NCBI GenBank assembly: GCA_963843375.1
Contig: CAWJKT010000009.1
Coordinates: 1 to 64,000 of the forward strand
Reading direction: 5' to 3'
From: an uncultured Pseudomonadota bacterium
GTDB taxonomy: Bacteria > Oederibacteriota > Muellerivitia > Muellerivitales > Muellerivitaceae
DNA length: 64,000 nucleotides
The notes beneath the pieces were generated by a model. The model was given only the letters and a program-made list of their open reading frames with translations. It was not told the DNA's origin and did no database searches. Shown in pieces: positions 40,171-52,422 of the stretch. Numbering within the stretch: position 1 is the first letter of the stretch; every line of letters starts with the position of its first letter. The position numbers were made by a program, and so were the translations under genes.

Positions 40171-42344
40171 ATAAAAACCCTCAACGAGAACTGGGCGATT
40201 ACATTTCCGATATGTCTGAGCACTCCGATATCCGGGTCGGTTCGCCGCTACCCCTGGGAACCCAGGAAAGGGGAGAAGGAGTTAATTTCGCCCTGTTTAG
40301 CCGCCATGCCACAAGGGTCCGGCTGGAGTTGTTTGACCATCCGGAGGACGCCGCGCCCGCCCGGTTTTTCGATCTGGACGCTTCTTTGAACCGCACTGGC
40401 GACGTATGGCACGTTTGGGTGAAAGGTATCAGTTCCGGCCAGCTCTATGCTTACCGCTTGGACGGTCCCTATTCTCCCGAGGAAGGACACCGTTTCAATT
40501 TTAAACGGCTTCTGCTTGATCCCGCCGCCGTTGCGATTTCAAATCTGCCCCCATGGGATTTTGCGTCTGCCCTTGGATACGATCCGTCGTCGCAGGGGAA
40601 GGACCTAACTCTCTCAAAGGAGGATAACGCCAAGTCGACGCCCAAATGTATCTTTCTAAACGAGTCTTTCGAATGGAAGGGGGACCAGCCTCTCCGCCAT
40701 CCTTGGTCGAAGACCCTCATTTACGAGACCCATGTCCGTGGTTTTACCATGGATCGGAAGTCGGGAGCAAAGCATCCGGGAACCTACCGGGGCATGATGG
40801 AAAAGATTCCCCATCTCAAAACACTGGGTGTTACCGCCGTGGAACTGATGCCGGTCTTGGAATTCAATGAAAATTTCCTCACACGGAAGGATCCGAACAC
40901 GAACCAATCCCTCAGGAATTACTGGGGATACGATCCTGTTACTTTCTTCGCGCCCAAAGCTTCCTATAGCAGTTCGGGCGGGATGGGCCAGCAGAAACTG
41001 GAGTTTAAGGAAATGATCCTGGCTTTCCACCAAGCGGGCATCGAAGTGATTCTGGACGTGGTGTTTAACCATACGGCGGAAGGAAACGAACTGGGTCCGA
41101 CGCTTTTCTTTCGCGGGATCGACAACTCGATTTTTTATACCCTTGCGGCGGACAAGCGCCGTTATAAGGATTACGCGGGAACCGGCAATACGATTAACGC
41201 CAACCATCCGGTGGTACGGGACCATATCCTGGCGGCCCTGCGTTATTGGACGGTCGAGATGCACGTGGATGGGTTTCGCTTTGATTTGGCATCGGTTCTC
41301 GGCAGGGGCGAAAGCGGAAGATTGTTGGCTAACGCGCCGCTTTTGGCCCGGATCGCCGAGGATCCAATCCTGAGGGACGTTAAGCTCATCGCGGAGGCAT
41401 GGGACGCCGGCGGGGCCTACGAGGTGGGAAGTTTTTCGGAACGGCGCTGGGCGGAATGGAACGGCCGTTATCGGGATGACGTGCGGCGTTTCTGGCGCGG
41501 TGATGACGGAATTCTCGGCTCGTTCGCCAGCCGACTCTGCGGAAGCGCGGATATTTATAGCAAGCCGGGCAAAGGACCGGAGGGAAGTATCAATTTTATT
41601 ACCTGCCACGACGGGTTCACTTTGAATGACCTGGTCAGCTATTCCGCCAAACATAACGAGGCGAACGGTGAAAACAACCAGGACGGGACAAATAACAACT
41701 TTAGCGGGAACTATGGCTTCGAGGGCTTAACGAAGGACGCCGGAATTGAGACGATTCGAAAACGCCAGATCAAGAATTTTATGCTGACCCTGATGATTTC
41801 GCGCGGCGTGCCGATGATCCTCGGCGGGGACGAATTCCGCCGCACCCAGGGCGGCAACAACAACGCCTATTGCCAGGACAATGAAACCAGCTGGTTGGAC
41901 TGGAAACATTTCGACCAGCATCAGGAAATATTCCGGTTTACCCAAGGCATGATCGCTTTTCGTAGAGCTCATCCTGTCCTGAGTAAAGAAGAATTCTACA
42001 AAAATGAAGGAATTAATTGGTTTGGTCCGGAGGGCGGACTGCCTCATTGGGCAGATCTCAAGTGCAAACAACTTGCCTGCGTTATTCATGAAAATGAAAA
42101 AGAAAGTATTTACCTTATGTTCAACGCGGGTACAGAAGCGGCTGATTTTGGTTTGCCGTCACCATCGGAAGGGTATGGCTGGAGTTTATCGGTCGATACA
42201 TTCCTACCTTCGCCAAGGGATATGGCCGAGGCGGGCAAAGAAATACTTTTGAAAAATTCAAAGATTTACCATGTTGAAGCCCGCTCCAGCGTCATTCTTC
42301 TGGCGGGCAAGCCTAAACACGGCGCGCGAAAGGATACCCCATGA
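40158..42344 (+). CDS. glgX: Glycogen debranching enzyme
   Basis: NYWGY, DVVFNH, GFRFDLA, AEAWD, CHDGF, NNAYCQDN. Confidence 0.96.
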   Translation: MATINKNPQRELGDYISDMSEHSDIRVGSPLPLGTQERGEGVNFALFSRHATRVRLELFDHPEDAAPARFFDLDASLNRTGDVWHVWVKGISSGQLYAYRLDGPYSPEEGHRFNFKRLLLDPAAVAISNLPPWDFASALGYDPSSQGKDLTLSKEDNAKSTPKCIFLNESFEWKGDQPLRHPWSKTLIYETHVRGFTMDRKSGAKHPGTYRGMMEKIPHLKTLGVTAVELMPVLEFNENFLTRKDPNTNQSLRNYWGYDPVTFFAPKASYSSSGGMGQQKLEFKEMILAFHQAGIEVILDVVFNHTAEGNELGPTLFFRGIDNSIFYTLAADKRRYKDYAGTGNTINANHPVVRDHILAALRYWTVEMHVDGFRFDLASVLGRGESGRLLANAPLLARIAEDPILRDVKLIAEAWDAGGAYEVGSFSERRWAEWNGRYRDDVRRFWRGDDGILGSFASRLCGSADIYSKPGKGPEGSINFITCHDGFTLNDLVSYSAKHNEANGENNQDGTNNNFSGNYGFEGLTKDAGIETIRKRQIKNFMLTLMISRGVPMILGGDEFRRTQGGNNNAYCQDNETSWLDWKHFDQHQEIFRFTQGMIAFRRAHPVLSKEEFYKNEGINWFGPEGGLPHWADLKCKQLACVIHENEKESIYLMFNAGTEAADFGLPSPSEGYGWSLSVDTFLPSPRDMAEAGKEILLKNSKIYHVEARSSVILLAGKPKHGARKDTP

Positions 42345-44002
42345 ACTCGCGCTCTTCGGGGATACTTCTTCATCCAACCTCCCTTTCCAACCCATATCCC
42401 ATCGGCGACTTGGGACCTGCCGCAAACGCCTTTGTGGATTTTCTAGTTCTGAGCGGGCAGAGCTGGTGGCAGATGCTGCCAATTGGCCCGACGGGGATAG
42501 GGAATTCGCCATACCAATCATCGTCCGCCTTTGCGGGAAATCCGTTTCTGTTGAGTCCCGACTTGTTGATGAAGCATGGATTTCTAAACCGTGAGGATAT
42601 CGAGCTGCCTGTTCCGGGTGCCCCTGGAAAGGTGGACTATTACACAGCGGAACAACTGAAACTGAAGTGGTTGAAAAAAGCATTTGAACGTTTTGAAAAA
42701 AAGGGAGGAATGGCCAAGCGGCTGGAATTTGAGGCTTTCGTTCGCGCCGAATCCTACTGGCTTGACGATTTTTCCCTGTTCGTAGCCGTCCAGGACAATG
42801 AAGGCACCGGGGACTGGACCCAATGGGACCTTGAACTGAGAACACGACAGCCTAAAGCCCTTGTTCGAGCGCGTAAACACTTCACGGATGACATCCGTTA
42901 CCACCAGTTTATCCAGTGGCAGTTCTCAAAACAGTGGAAAGAGTTGCGGGCCTATTGCGATTCCAAGGCAGTCCAGCTGATCGGCGATATTCCCCTGTTC
43001 GTGTCCCATGAGAGCGCCGATGTGTGGGTTCACCCGGAGATTTTTAAATTGGACGTCGATGGGAACATGACGGTGGTCGCCGGGGTTCCTCCGGATTATT
43101 TCACGAAAACAGGACAGCGATGGGGCGAGCCCGTTTACCGATGGGATGTGCTGCAAGACCAAAATTACAACTGGTGGATAGAACGGCTGAGGACTGCTTT
43201 GGGACGGTTCGGCGTCATCCGTTTGGATCATTTTATCGGCTATGTGAGAACTTATGAGGTACCTTCGGGTGACCTTACGGCAGAAAACGGACAATATCAA
43301 CCGGGCGGCGGCAGGGCTTTTTTTGAAGCAGTGTTAAAAGCTATCGGCTCTTTGCCGTTTATCGCGGAGGACCTGGGGGTTCTTACCCCCGAAGTGATTA
43401 CCTTAAGGGAACAGCTTAACCTTCCCGGTTCGCGGGTGCTCCAGTTTGAGTTCGAATCGGACATTGAAAATAATATTTTTCCGTCGAAAGAACTCCCGGT
43501 GAACTCGGTGGTTTATACCGGAACCCACGATAACGACACTACGGAGGGTTGGTACAGAAAGTTACCGGCCACCCAGCGAGAAAGCCTTCGAAAACATCTG
43601 GGTGCCAACGACAAGACGGTTGTCCGGGCCATGATCGCAGCGGCCTTTGCTTCCCGGGCCGACAAGGTCATCCTGCCGGCGCAAGACCTTTTGGATTTGG
43701 GAACGGAGGCACGAATGAATTTTCCCGGCACCACAGAAGGGAACTGGCAATGGCGTCTGAAGGATGACGCGTTGACGCCGGAACTTGCGCAATGGCTGCG
43801 AAATTTAACTGGAACCTGTGGACGGCTGGGGAGTGAAGGTCACCGCTCGTCTCCCTTGCGTCCCGATGACAACCCGTCGGAACAGAACGCGAAGTTGGCC
43901 TATGAACCATACGAAAGGCAAAACCATTTAATTGACCAAACCGATAAATATTGGCACCCCGCGGAAGGGGAATTGAAGGCGGAGGTGAAAGGGAACCAGT
44001 GA
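42341..44002 (+). CDS. malQ: 4-alpha-glucanotransferase with C-terminal DUF2934-like tail
   Basis: GILLHPTSL, GVPPDYF, RLDHF, AEDLG, GTHDN. Confidence 0.95.
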   Translation: MNSRSSGILLHPTSLSNPYPIGDLGPAANAFVDFLVLSGQSWWQMLPIGPTGIGNSPYQSSSAFAGNPFLLSPDLLMKHGFLNREDIELPVPGAPGKVDYYTAEQLKLKWLKKAFERFEKKGGMAKRLEFEAFVRAESYWLDDFSLFVAVQDNEGTGDWTQWDLELRTRQPKALVRARKHFTDDIRYHQFIQWQFSKQWKELRAYCDSKAVQLIGDIPLFVSHESADVWVHPEIFKLDVDGNMTVVAGVPPDYFTKTGQRWGEPVYRWDVLQDQNYNWWIERLRTALGRFGVIRLDHFIGYVRTYEVPSGDLTAENGQYQPGGGRAFFEAVLKAIGSLPFIAEDLGVLTPEVITLREQLNLPGSRVLQFEFESDIENNIFPSKELPVNSVVYTGTHDNDTTEGWYRKLPATQRESLRKHLGANDKTVVRAMIAAAFASRADKVILPAQDLLDLGTEARMNFPGTTEGNWQWRLKDDALTPELAQWLRNLTGTCGRLGSEGHRSSPLRPDDNPSEQNAKLAYEPYERQNHLIDQTDKYWHPAEGELKAEVKGNQ

Positions 44003-44153
44003 TTGTTCACGAGAAAATGAAGCCGTTTTCATAGTGCAATAAAATTAGTAGCTGATTGTTAGGATCGTGTTGAAACCAATTTTTTATACAAGCTGTTAAC
44101 AAGCGACTCTCAGTAAGCCAAAACGAAGTTTTAGGAAAGAAAGGATTCATTTT

Positions 44154-44951
44154 ATGCTCGACAACGTCAACGAACTAAAGGGTTACAAATTGCACAGCCT
44201 GGATGGAGAAATAGGAAGAGTCAAAGAATTCTATTTTGACGATAAATACTGGACTATCCGATATCTGGTCGCAGACACCGGAAATTGGCTTTCCGGCAGA
44301 CAGGTATTGATATCACCCCACGCCTTGTCCTACGTGAACAAAAAAGAAAAAACTATTTCGGTTGATTTAACCAAAAAGCAGATTGAAGAGAGCCCATCCC
44401 TGGATAGTGAAAGACCGGTGTCACGGCAATTCGAAGAATCCTATTATGGATATTACCAGTTTCCGTCCTATTGGACGGGCCCTTACATGTGGGGGGCTTA
44501 TCCTTTTTTCGTGCGCGACACTAAAAGCACTTCGCAACCGATTCGAAGCGATAAGGTCGAGGATTACCATTTGCGCAGCACAAACGCCGTGACCGGTCAT
44601 CACATCCAGGCTACGAATGGTGAGATTGGCCACGTCGTGGATTTCATTATTGATGACCATAATTGGGCGATTCGTTACTTGGTTGTTGATACCCATAACT
44701 GGCTGCCTGGCAAAAAAATCCTGATTTCACCCCCCTGGATAGAAAGCGTCAACTGGGGTCAATCAAAAGTGTTTGTCAATCTTTCCCGTGAGGCAATTAA
44801 GAATTCGCCGGAATTTAAGGAAGCCTCCCTGCTTACCCGGGAATACGAGACCCAATTGCATGGACATTACAGTCTCCAAGGCTATTGGATTGAGGAATTG
44901 GCGGCCCAAAGGGATTCAATCGTGGCGCCTAATCAAAACAGAGGAAAATGA
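44154..44951 (+). CDS. Double PRC-barrel protein
   Basis: GEIGRVKEFYFDD..WTIRYLV twice. Confidence 0.88.
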   Translation: MLDNVNELKGYKLHSLDGEIGRVKEFYFDDKYWTIRYLVADTGNWLSGRQVLISPHALSYVNKKEKTISVDLTKKQIEESPSLDSERPVSRQFEESYYGYYQFPSYWTGPYMWGAYPFFVRDTKSTSQPIRSDKVEDYHLRSTNAVTGHHIQATNGEIGHVVDFIIDDHNWAIRYLVVDTHNWLPGKKILISPPWIESVNWGQSKVFVNLSREAIKNSPEFKEASLLTREYETQLHGHYSLQGYWIEELAAQRDSIVAPNQNRGK

Positions 44952-44978
44952 ATTGAATTATTCTTTAAAGAAACTGTC

Positions 44979-45620
44979 ATGAAAAAAAACAACATGTTCA
45001 CTTGTTTGTTTGTGGATGTGGGAGGTGTTTTGCTCACCAATGGATGGGATCATCGCGCGCGCAGGCGAGCGGTTTCCCAATTCAAACTCGAGTGGAATGA
45101 GATCGAAAGCCGTCACGGATTGTTTGTGGAACCCTATGAGTTGGGATTGATCGGTCTGGAAGAATATCTAAACGGCGTGGTCTTTTATCAAAAACGCGAT
45201 TTTACCCGATCCAGCTTTCGAAATTTCATATTCGCTCAGTCAAAATCGCACCGCAAAATGATGGAGTTCATTGTTCAACTCAAAGCCATTCACGGTCTCA
45301 AGATCGTTGTAGTCAGCAACGAAGGTCGGGAAGTAAACGCTTACCGGATTCGTAAATTTAAATTGGCCGGTTTGGTGGATTTTTTTATTTCTTCCTGTTT
45401 TGTCCACCTCCGCAAACCCGATGTGAATTTTTATAAAATGGCCCTGGATACGGCCCAGATATCCCCTGAGAAGATCGTTTATATCGAAAACACCCCACTA
45501 TTCGATAAGGTCGCGGAAGGATTAGGGATCAAAAGTATTTTTCATAAAAATTATCAATCCACCCGCGCCTGCTTGTCCTATTGGGGTTTGTCGGCGAACG
45601 AAGGGATTGAATATGAATAA
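44979..45620 (+). CDS. HAD-family phosphatase
   Basis: DVGGVL, SN, RKP motifs. Confidence 0.88.
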   Translation: MKKNNMFTCLFVDVGGVLLTNGWDHRARRRAVSQFKLEWNEIESRHGLFVEPYELGLIGLEEYLNGVVFYQKRDFTRSSFRNFIFAQSKSHRKMMEFIVQLKAIHGLKIVVVSNEGREVNAYRIRKFKLAGLVDFFISSCFVHLRKPDVNFYKMALDTAQISPEKIVYIENTPLFDKVAEGLGIKSIFHKNYQSTRACLSYWGLSANEGIEYE

Positions 45621-46821
45621 AAAACAAATAATGACCATTAATGCGGGCTCCTCTAGTCTTAAATTCGCCGTATTTGAAGCTGGTCAGCCGCCTCGACGCG
45701 TTCTTTGGGGCGGCATTGATCGGATTGGACAAACCGGAGCGGTTTTTCAGGTGAAGGGTTTGAATCCAACTGACGAATTTTCCAGAGTTTTGACCAAGTC
45801 CGACCATCAGGCCGCTTTAGAGGTTTTTATGATATGGGTCAAGGAGCGGGGCGGGGGAGCAAGTCTGTCGGCGGTTGGGCACCGGATGGTCCAGGGCGGC
45901 CCCCAACACAGCGAACCGGAGAAAGTCACCCATGAGTTGGTTGAAGCTCTCTTCAAATTAAGTCCTTATGATCCGGAACACATGCCGATGGAGATTCTCA
46001 TCGTGGACGCTTTCCACAGGCAATTTCCCAATCTGTCCCAGGTGGTTTGTTTCGATACGGCCTTTCATCACGATATGCCTCTGGTGGCGCGACTCCTGCC
46101 GATCCCCCGAAGTTATGAGGCGAAGGGTATTCATCGTTATGGTTTTCACGGCATTTCCTATGCCTATCTCATGGAGGAACTTTCACGTTTGGGGTGTATG
46201 GAAGAGGCTGAGGGTCGGGTGATTTTGGCCCATCTGGGCAACGGGGCCAGTCTGGCTGCGGTTCTTAAGGGCAAATCCGTTGATACCAGCATGGGTTTTA
46301 CGCCGTCCTCGGGAGTTTTAATGGGAACCCGCTCCGGAGATTTGGATCCGGGACTGGCTTTGTACCTGGAAAAAACCGAAGGCATGGACACCAAGGCTTT
46401 TAACACGATGGTCAATTTTCATTCCGGACTGCTGGGCGTGTCCGGAACCAGCCCGGACATGCGCGACTTGCTGAAACTGGAGGAAAAGGACGGAAGGGCA
46501 GCCGAAGCGGTTTCGTTGTTTTGCTATCAGGTCAAGAAGTGGATCGGGTCTTTCGCGGCGGCCTTGGGCGGACTGGACACTCTGGTTTTTTCGGCGGGCA
46601 TCGGTGAAAACTGTCCGGCGGTTCGCGAAAGAATTTGCGAGGGATTGGGGTTTCTAGGCATCGAACTCGATAAAAATCTAAACAGTGCCAACAAGAGTGT
46701 GATTTCCGTTTCTTCCGGCAAGGTTAAGGTTTTTGTCATACGCACGGATGAAGAACTCATGATCGCCAAGACGGTTTGCCATGTGCTCCGTATTGGTTTT
46801 ACGGGTGAAGCGCCAAACTGA
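45607..46821 (+). CDS. ackA: Acetate kinase
   Basis: NAGSSSLK, RYGFHG, HLGNGAS, GTRSGD, TDEE. Confidence 0.96.
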   Translation: MNMNKKQIMTINAGSSSLKFAVFEAGQPPRRVLWGGIDRIGQTGAVFQVKGLNPTDEFSRVLTKSDHQAALEVFMIWVKERGGGASLSAVGHRMVQGGPQHSEPEKVTHELVEALFKLSPYDPEHMPMEILIVDAFHRQFPNLSQVVCFDTAFHHDMPLVARLLPIPRSYEAKGIHRYGFHGISYAYLMEELSRLGCMEEAEGRVILAHLGNGASLAAVLKGKSVDTSMGFTPSSGVLMGTRSGDLDPGLALYLEKTEGMDTKAFNTMVNFHSGLLGVSGTSPDMRDLLKLEEKDGRAAEAVSLFCYQVKKWIGSFAAALGGLDTLVFSAGIGENCPAVRERICEGLGFLGIELDKNLNSANKSVISVSSGKVKVFVIRTDEELMIAKTVCHVLRIGFTGEAPN

Positions 46822-46841
46822 AAAAAAGAGAGGATTATTTT

Positions 46842-47636
46842 GTGTTAGAAAAATTCATGACATTAAAAGGTTATCAATTGCACAGCCTCGACGGGGTCAT
46901 CGGGACGGTCAAAGACTTCTATTTCGATGACCGGCACTGGACCATTCGCTATCTAGTCGCCAACACAGTTAACTGGAACCCCGGAAGGGGCGTGCTGATC
47001 GCTCCACGAGCGATAAACTCTGTGAATCAGCAGCTGCGGACCATTGCCGTCGGTTTGACTAAAAAGCAGATCGAGGATAGCCCATCCTTGGATAGTGACA
47101 AACCCGTCTCAAGACAATATGAGGATACCTATTATTCGTATTATGGATGGCCGCCCTATTGGAGCGTGCCGCCAACGAGAGAATTTGGCTCCTTCATCGC
47201 GAAAGGTAGTGAAACAGCAGAGGATTCCCATTTGCGCAGCGCTTACATCGTTAGCGGCTATTTAATCAACGCCATGGACGGCGAGATCGGCCACATCGAG
47301 GATTTTATCATCGATGACGAGTCATGGGCTATCCGCTATCTGGCCATCGAAACACAGAATTGGTGGCCTGGTAAACATGTTCTGGTTTCCGCGAAGTGGA
47401 TCGAGCGCGTTAGTTGGGGCGAAGGAAAAGTCTTCGTCAATCTTTCCAAAGAAAGCATCAGGCAATCACCGGAATATACAGCGAATTTATTGTTAACCCG
47501 CGATTACGAAAACAAACTCCACCGGCATTATAACCTCCAAGGTTACTGGTCCGACGAATTGGCGGCCAAAAGGGATTCCCTGGCGGTGCCCAGTCAAAAT
47601 CGAGACAGTCGTCTTGAACATGAAATCAAACACTAA
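46842..47636 (+). CDS. Double PRC-barrel protein (paralogue of 44154)
   Basis: Same architecture, collinear similarity. Confidence 0.88.
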   Translation: MLEKFMTLKGYQLHSLDGVIGTVKDFYFDDRHWTIRYLVANTVNWNPGRGVLIAPRAINSVNQQLRTIAVGLTKKQIEDSPSLDSDKPVSRQYEDTYYSYYGWPPYWSVPPTREFGSFIAKGSETAEDSHLRSAYIVSGYLINAMDGEIGHIEDFIIDDESWAIRYLAIETQNWWPGKHVLVSAKWIERVSWGEGKVFVNLSKESIRQSPEYTANLLLTRDYENKLHRHYNLQGYWSDELAAKRDSLAVPSQNRDSRLEHEIKH

Positions 47637-47650
47637 TAAGGAGTATTTTC

Positions 47651-50071
47651 ATGAACGAATATAACATGGTCCGTGCGAAGGTTCTTTTAGACAGGACGAA
47701 TCAAAAAATCGAACCTTTGTCCGAAGAGTTACTTCGAAAAATGAACGCCTATTGGCGCGCCGCGAACTATTTATCCGTCGGACAAATTTATCTTTATGAC
47801 AATCCGCTATTGAAAGAGCCGCTGAAATTGTCGCATGTGAAGCCGTTGGTGGTGGGGCATTGGGGCACGACGCCGGGGCAAAACTTCATCTACGTGCACT
47901 TGAACCGTGTCATTAAGAAATACGATTTAAATATGTTTTACATCGCGGGTCCGGGCCACGGTGGCCCAGCAATCGTGGGAAACGTTTATCTTGAGGGCAC
48001 TTGGAGTGATGTTTATCCGAATGTGACACAGGACGAAGCTGGAATGAAAAAACTGTTCAAGCAATTTTCGTTTCCTGGCGGGATTTCGAGTCACGTGGCG
48101 CCAACGACGCCCGGATCCATTCATGAGGGCGGTGAATTGGGATATTCGCTTAGCCACGCTTTTGGAGCGGCTTTCGACAATCCCGACCTGATCGTGGCCT
48201 GTGTCATCGGCGACGGGGAGGCGGAAACGGCCTCTTTGGCGACCTCCTGGCAATCCAATAAATTTCTAGATCCGGTTACGGACGGTGCCGTTTTGCCGAT
48301 CCTGCATCTCAACGGCTATAAGATCAGCAATCCAACCGTTTTGGCGCGTATTGAGCATGAAGAGCTCGACCAATTCCTGCGCGGCTGCGGATGGGCACCT
48401 TACTTCGTGGAAGGCGATGATCCGGAAACGATGCATCAACTCATGGCCGATACTTTGGAAAAGGTCATCGGGGACATCCGGCAAATACATAGCAACGCGC
48501 GGCAAAAGAATGATCTCACCAGGCCCCGCTGGCCCATGATTATCCTCAAGTCACCGAAGGGCTGGACGGGACCGAAGGAAGTTGACGGCCTGCCAGTTGA
48601 GGGCACTTTCCGGGCACACCAGGTGCCGCTTCTGGTTGATCCTGAACATCCCGATCATGTCAAGCAGCTTGAAAGCTGGATGAAAAGTTACAAAGCGGAA
48701 GAATTGTTCGATAAGAACGGCAGGCTCATGCCGGAGCTGGCCGAGCTGGCGCCAAAGGGCGACCGGCGGATGGGCGCCAATCCCCACGCCAACGGCGGAC
48801 TTTTGTTGCACGATCTGCGAATGCCGGACTTTCACGCGCATGCGGTGAATGTGCCTTCGCCGGGCGCTGTTAACGGACAGGACACGCTCGTACTGGGGAA
48901 GTTTCTCCGTGACGTGGCCAAGCTCAATCAGAATCAGCGTAATTTTCGCATCTTCGGTCCCGATGAGACGCTTTCGAATCTCCTTGGCGCCGTTTTTGAA
49001 ACCACTAGCCGGCAGTGGAACGCCCGGACCGAAAAAAACGATGAATTCCTCGCCCCTGACGGACGGGTGCTGGACTCGATGCTCAGCGAGAACCAGTGCG
49101 AGGGCTGGTTGGAAGGATATCTGTTGACCGGGCGGCATGGACTTTTCAACAGCTATGAGGCGTTCATCCGCATCGTTGATTCGATGTTCAGCCAGCACGC
49201 CAAGTGGCTGAAGGTATGTTTGGAGCTGCCCTGGCGCCGAAAAATTTCGTCGCTGAACTATCTGCTTGCCTCCCATGTCTGGCAGCAGGATCACAACGGC
49301 TTCACGCACCAGGACCCCGGTTTCCTCGATCACGTTATCAATAAGAAGGCCGACATCGTGCGCTGTTACCTTCCGCCGGACGCCAACTGCCTGTTGTCGG
49401 TGATGGACCACTGCCTGCGGAGCCGGAATTACGTCAACGTTGTCGTGGCTGGTAAACACGCGTTGCCCCAATGGCTTAATATCGAAGAGGCCATTGTGCA
49501 TTGCACCGAAGGCATCGGCATTTGGTCTTGGGCCAGTAATGACCAGGGCGCGGAGCCGGATGTAGTCATGGCCTGCTGTGGCGATACGCCCACTCTGGAG
49601 ATTTTGGCCGCGGTTTCTATCCTCCGCGAACATCTACCTGATCTTAAAATCCGCGTTATCAACGTGGTTGACCTGATGAAACTGGAATCCAACACAGAGC
49701 ATCCACATGGATTGAACGCGAACGATTACGACGCGCTCTTCACGAAAGACAAGCACATTATTTTTGGTTTTCATGGGTATCCCTGGTTGATCCATCGGTT
49801 GACCTACCGCCGGCACAACCAGAACCTGCATGTTCGTGGCTACAAGGAAGAGGGCACGATTACCACGGCATTTGATATGAGAGTGCAAAACGATCTGGAT
49901 CGGTTTCATCTGGTGCAGGACGTGATTGATCGGGTACCGGGGTTTGGTTCCAAGGGCGATTATCTGAAGCAAAAAATGAAGGACAAACTAATTGAGCATA
50001 AGCAGTACATCGACCAACACGGCCAGGACATGCCGGAAATAAGGAATTGGAAGTGGGGAGCAAAACCATGA
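47651..50071 (+). CDS. xfp: Phosphoketolase
   Basis: [36 protein letters not shown]. Confidence 0.96.
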   Translation: MNEYNMVRAKVLLDRTNQKIEPLSEELLRKMNAYWRAANYLSVGQIYLYDNPLLKEPLKLSHVKPLVVGHWGTTPGQNFIYVHLNRVIKKYDLNMFYIAGPGHGGPAIVGNVYLEGTWSDVYPNVTQDEAGMKKLFKQFSFPGGISSHVAPTTPGSIHEGGELGYSLSHAFGAAFDNPDLIVACVIGDGEAETASLATSWQSNKFLDPVTDGAVLPILHLNGYKISNPTVLARIEHEELDQFLRGCGWAPYFVEGDDPETMHQLMADTLEKVIGDIRQIHSNARQKNDLTRPRWPMIILKSPKGWTGPKEVDGLPVEGTFRAHQVPLLVDPEHPDHVKQLESWMKSYKAEELFDKNGRLMPELAELAPKGDRRMGANPHANGGLLLHDLRMPDFHAHAVNVPSPGAVNGQDTLVLGKFLRDVAKLNQNQRNFRIFGPDETLSNLLGAVFETTSRQWNARTEKNDEFLAPDGRVLDSMLSENQCEGWLEGYLLTGRHGLFNSYEAFIRIVDSMFSQHAKWLKVCLELPWRRKISSLNYLLASHVWQQDHNGFTHQDPGFLDHVINKKADIVRCYLPPDANCLLSVMDHCLRSRNYVNVVVAGKHALPQWLNIEEAIVHCTEGIGIWSWASNDQGAEPDVVMACCGDTPTLEILAAVSILREHLPDLKIRVINVVDLMKLESNTEHPHGLNANDYDALFTKDKHIIFGFHGYPWLIHRLTYRRHNQNLHVRGYKEEGTITTAFDMRVQNDLDRFHLVQDVIDRVPGFGSKGDYLKQKMKDKLIEHKQYIDQHGQDMPEIRNWKWGAKP

Positions 50072-52212
50072 CTCGAAAATCAAGTTCAAAGTCGATTAGT
50101 CGCCTCAAAAAAAAAGTCAATCATCCTGTGGGAAAAGTAAGAAATGGAAAGAATACCTCTCGCTTGGTCGGAAAAGTTCCGGTGGGAAACGGAGGTGAAG
50201 TCCATCAAACTGCTGGCGGTTCGCATCCCGCGCTTACGACCAATCAGGGAATCTTGATTTCAGATAACCAGAACTCGCTTAAAGCCAATTCAGAAGGGCC
50301 GGTACTTTTAGAGGATTTTGTCCTTCGGGAAAAGATTATGCATTTCGATCATGAGCGTATTCCGGAGCGGATCGTTCACGCCCGCGGTACGGCTGCGCAC
50401 GGCTATTTTGAGTTAACCGAATCACTAGAACGCTATACGACTGCGAAAATTCTTACTCAAGTTGGTGAAAAAACAAAAGTGTTTACCCGCTTTTCAACGG
50501 TGGTCGGCGGGGCGGGTTCGGTCGATACACCGCGCGATGTGCGCGGATTTGCGGTAAAGTTCTATACTCAGGAAGGTAATTGGGATTTGGTCGGTATTAA
50601 TATCCCGGTTTTTTTCATCCAGGATGCCATTAAATTTCCCGACCTGATTCATGCGATCAAGATGGAGCCTGATCGGGGCTTTCCGCAAAGCGCCACAGCC
50701 CACGACACATTCTGGGATTTCATTTCGCTGATGCCCGAATCCATGAATATGGTGATGTGGATCATGTCGGACCGTACCCTTCCACGCTCGCTGCGGATGA
50801 TGGAAGGCTTCGGCGTCCACAGCTTCCGATTGGTGGATGCTAAGGGTGATTCGACTTTTGTCAAGTTTCACTGGCGGCCCAAGCTGGGCCTGCAATCAAC
50901 CACCTGGAATGAGGCCGTCAAACTAGCCGGAGTGGATCCGGACTTCCACCGGCGCGACCTATTTGAGTCCATCGAAAAAGGTGATTTCCCCGAGTGGGAA
51001 TTTTCGGCCCAGTTATTCACGCAGGAACAGGCCGACCAATTTCCATTCGACCATCTGGATCCAACCAAGTTGATTCCAGAGGAATTGGTGCCATTAAAAG
51101 TGATCGGACGGATGGTATTGAACCGGTGGCCAGACAATTTTTTCGCTGAAACCGAGCAGGTGGCCTATTGTCCGGCGAATATCGTGCCGGGAATTGATTT
51201 TTCTAATGACCCCCTATTGCAGGGCCGTCTTTTTTCTTATCTGGACACCCAGCTTTCTCGTTTCGGAACGCCGAATTTCAATCAAATCCCGATCAACGCG
51301 CCCAAGTGCCCGTTTGCCAACCTTCAGCGCGATGGAAAAATGCAGGCGACACAGCCGGTCGGACGCGTCGGATATGAACCGAACTCCTTGTCCACGGATA
51401 TGCCGCGTGAAAATCCGGTCGTCGGTTTTCAGAGTGTACACACCAATGAAACTGGTGAAAAAGGCCGTATCCGTCCGGAGAGTTTTGCGGACCATTACAG
51501 CCAGGCGCGCCAGTTCTATCGCAGTCAAACGGGGTACGAGAAGTCACATATGGTTTCGGCGCTCGTGTTTGAGCTGTCAAAGGTGGAACATCCTCATGTG
51601 CGTCAGGCGGTTACCGCCCATCTGCGGCATATCGACGAAGACCTTGCGCGACGCGTTGCTGATGGTCTTGGGCTGGAGAAAATGCCGACCGCTCCCTTCG
51701 CCTCCGCTTCGGTGCGGGATATGAAACCTTCTCTCGCGTTGAGGACTATCGGAAAAGAGAAGGATACTCTCGAGGGACGTTCCATCGGCATCCTCATCGC
51801 GGACGGCTCGGATGGCGCTCTCATCGACAAAGTGCGCAAAGCCGCTGTTGAGGCAGGCGCGAATGTGAAGGTCGTCGCTCCGCAAATAGGCGGCGCCATG
51901 CTGGATAACGGTTTATTCCTGAAGGCCGACGGACAACTGGCCGGTACATCTTCTGTCCTGTTTGACGCGATCGCGGTCATCCTGTCGGACGAAGGCGCAG
52001 AGCGGCTTGCTGGGGAATCCACCGCCATTGATTTTATTCGTGACGCCTTTTCCCATCTCAAGGCGATTGCCGTCGACCAGGGAGGCGAAAAACTGCTCCT
52101 TCAAGCGAATGTCGGAAAAGACCGGGGTGTCGTCAATCTTAGTGATGTGGCAAGTTTTATTTCTGCGGCTAAGACGCGCCAATGGGCAAGAGAAGCCTTA
52201 GTCCGTCGATAG
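50068..52212 (+). CDS. katE: Large-subunit catalase (HPII type)
   Basis: [25 protein letters not shown]-terminal DJ-1-like domain. Confidence 0.95.
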   Translation: MTRKSSSKSISRLKKKVNHPVGKVRNGKNTSRLVGKVPVGNGGEVHQTAGGSHPALTTNQGILISDNQNSLKANSEGPVLLEDFVLREKIMHFDHERIPERIVHARGTAAHGYFELTESLERYTTAKILTQVGEKTKVFTRFSTVVGGAGSVDTPRDVRGFAVKFYTQEGNWDLVGINIPVFFIQDAIKFPDLIHAIKMEPDRGFPQSATAHDTFWDFISLMPESMNMVMWIMSDRTLPRSLRMMEGFGVHSFRLVDAKGDSTFVKFHWRPKLGLQSTTWNEAVKLAGVDPDFHRRDLFESIEKGDFPEWEFSAQLFTQEQADQFPFDHLDPTKLIPEELVPLKVIGRMVLNRWPDNFFAETEQVAYCPANIVPGIDFSNDPLLQGRLFSYLDTQLSRFGTPNFNQIPINAPKCPFANLQRDGKMQATQPVGRVGYEPNSLSTDMPRENPVVGFQSVHTNETGEKGRIRPESFADHYSQARQFYRSQTGYEKSHMVSALVFELSKVEHPHVRQAVTAHLRHIDEDLARRVADGLGLEKMPTAPFASASVRDMKPSLALRTIGKEKDTLEGRSIGILIADGSDGALIDKVRKAAVEAGANVKVVAPQIGGAMLDNGLFLKADGQLAGTSSVLFDAIAVILSDEGAERLAGESTAIDFIRDAFSHLKAIAVDQGGEKLLLQANVGKDRGVVNLSDVASFISAAKTRQWAREALVRR

Positions 52213-52422
52213 ATGTAACTGCGGTGCATCTGAAAAGACAAAAGATGAAGCCGTTGCGCCAAGAGGAGAAAGATATTTCGAAAATTCGGAACAGGAAGTG
52301 ATCCATCCGGGTAAACCGGATGAAGCTCCAGAACTAATTTCCCCCATTTTCCAACCGGCCGATGGGTTTGCTGTCAGCAATTCACCCATTTTTGTAGTCC
52401 CTCCCTTGAAAGGAAAAATATT

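Noticed and set aside
52198..52389. 63-aa minus-strand ORF between katE and gabD
   Set aside because: Opposes operon direction, no motif or clear SD
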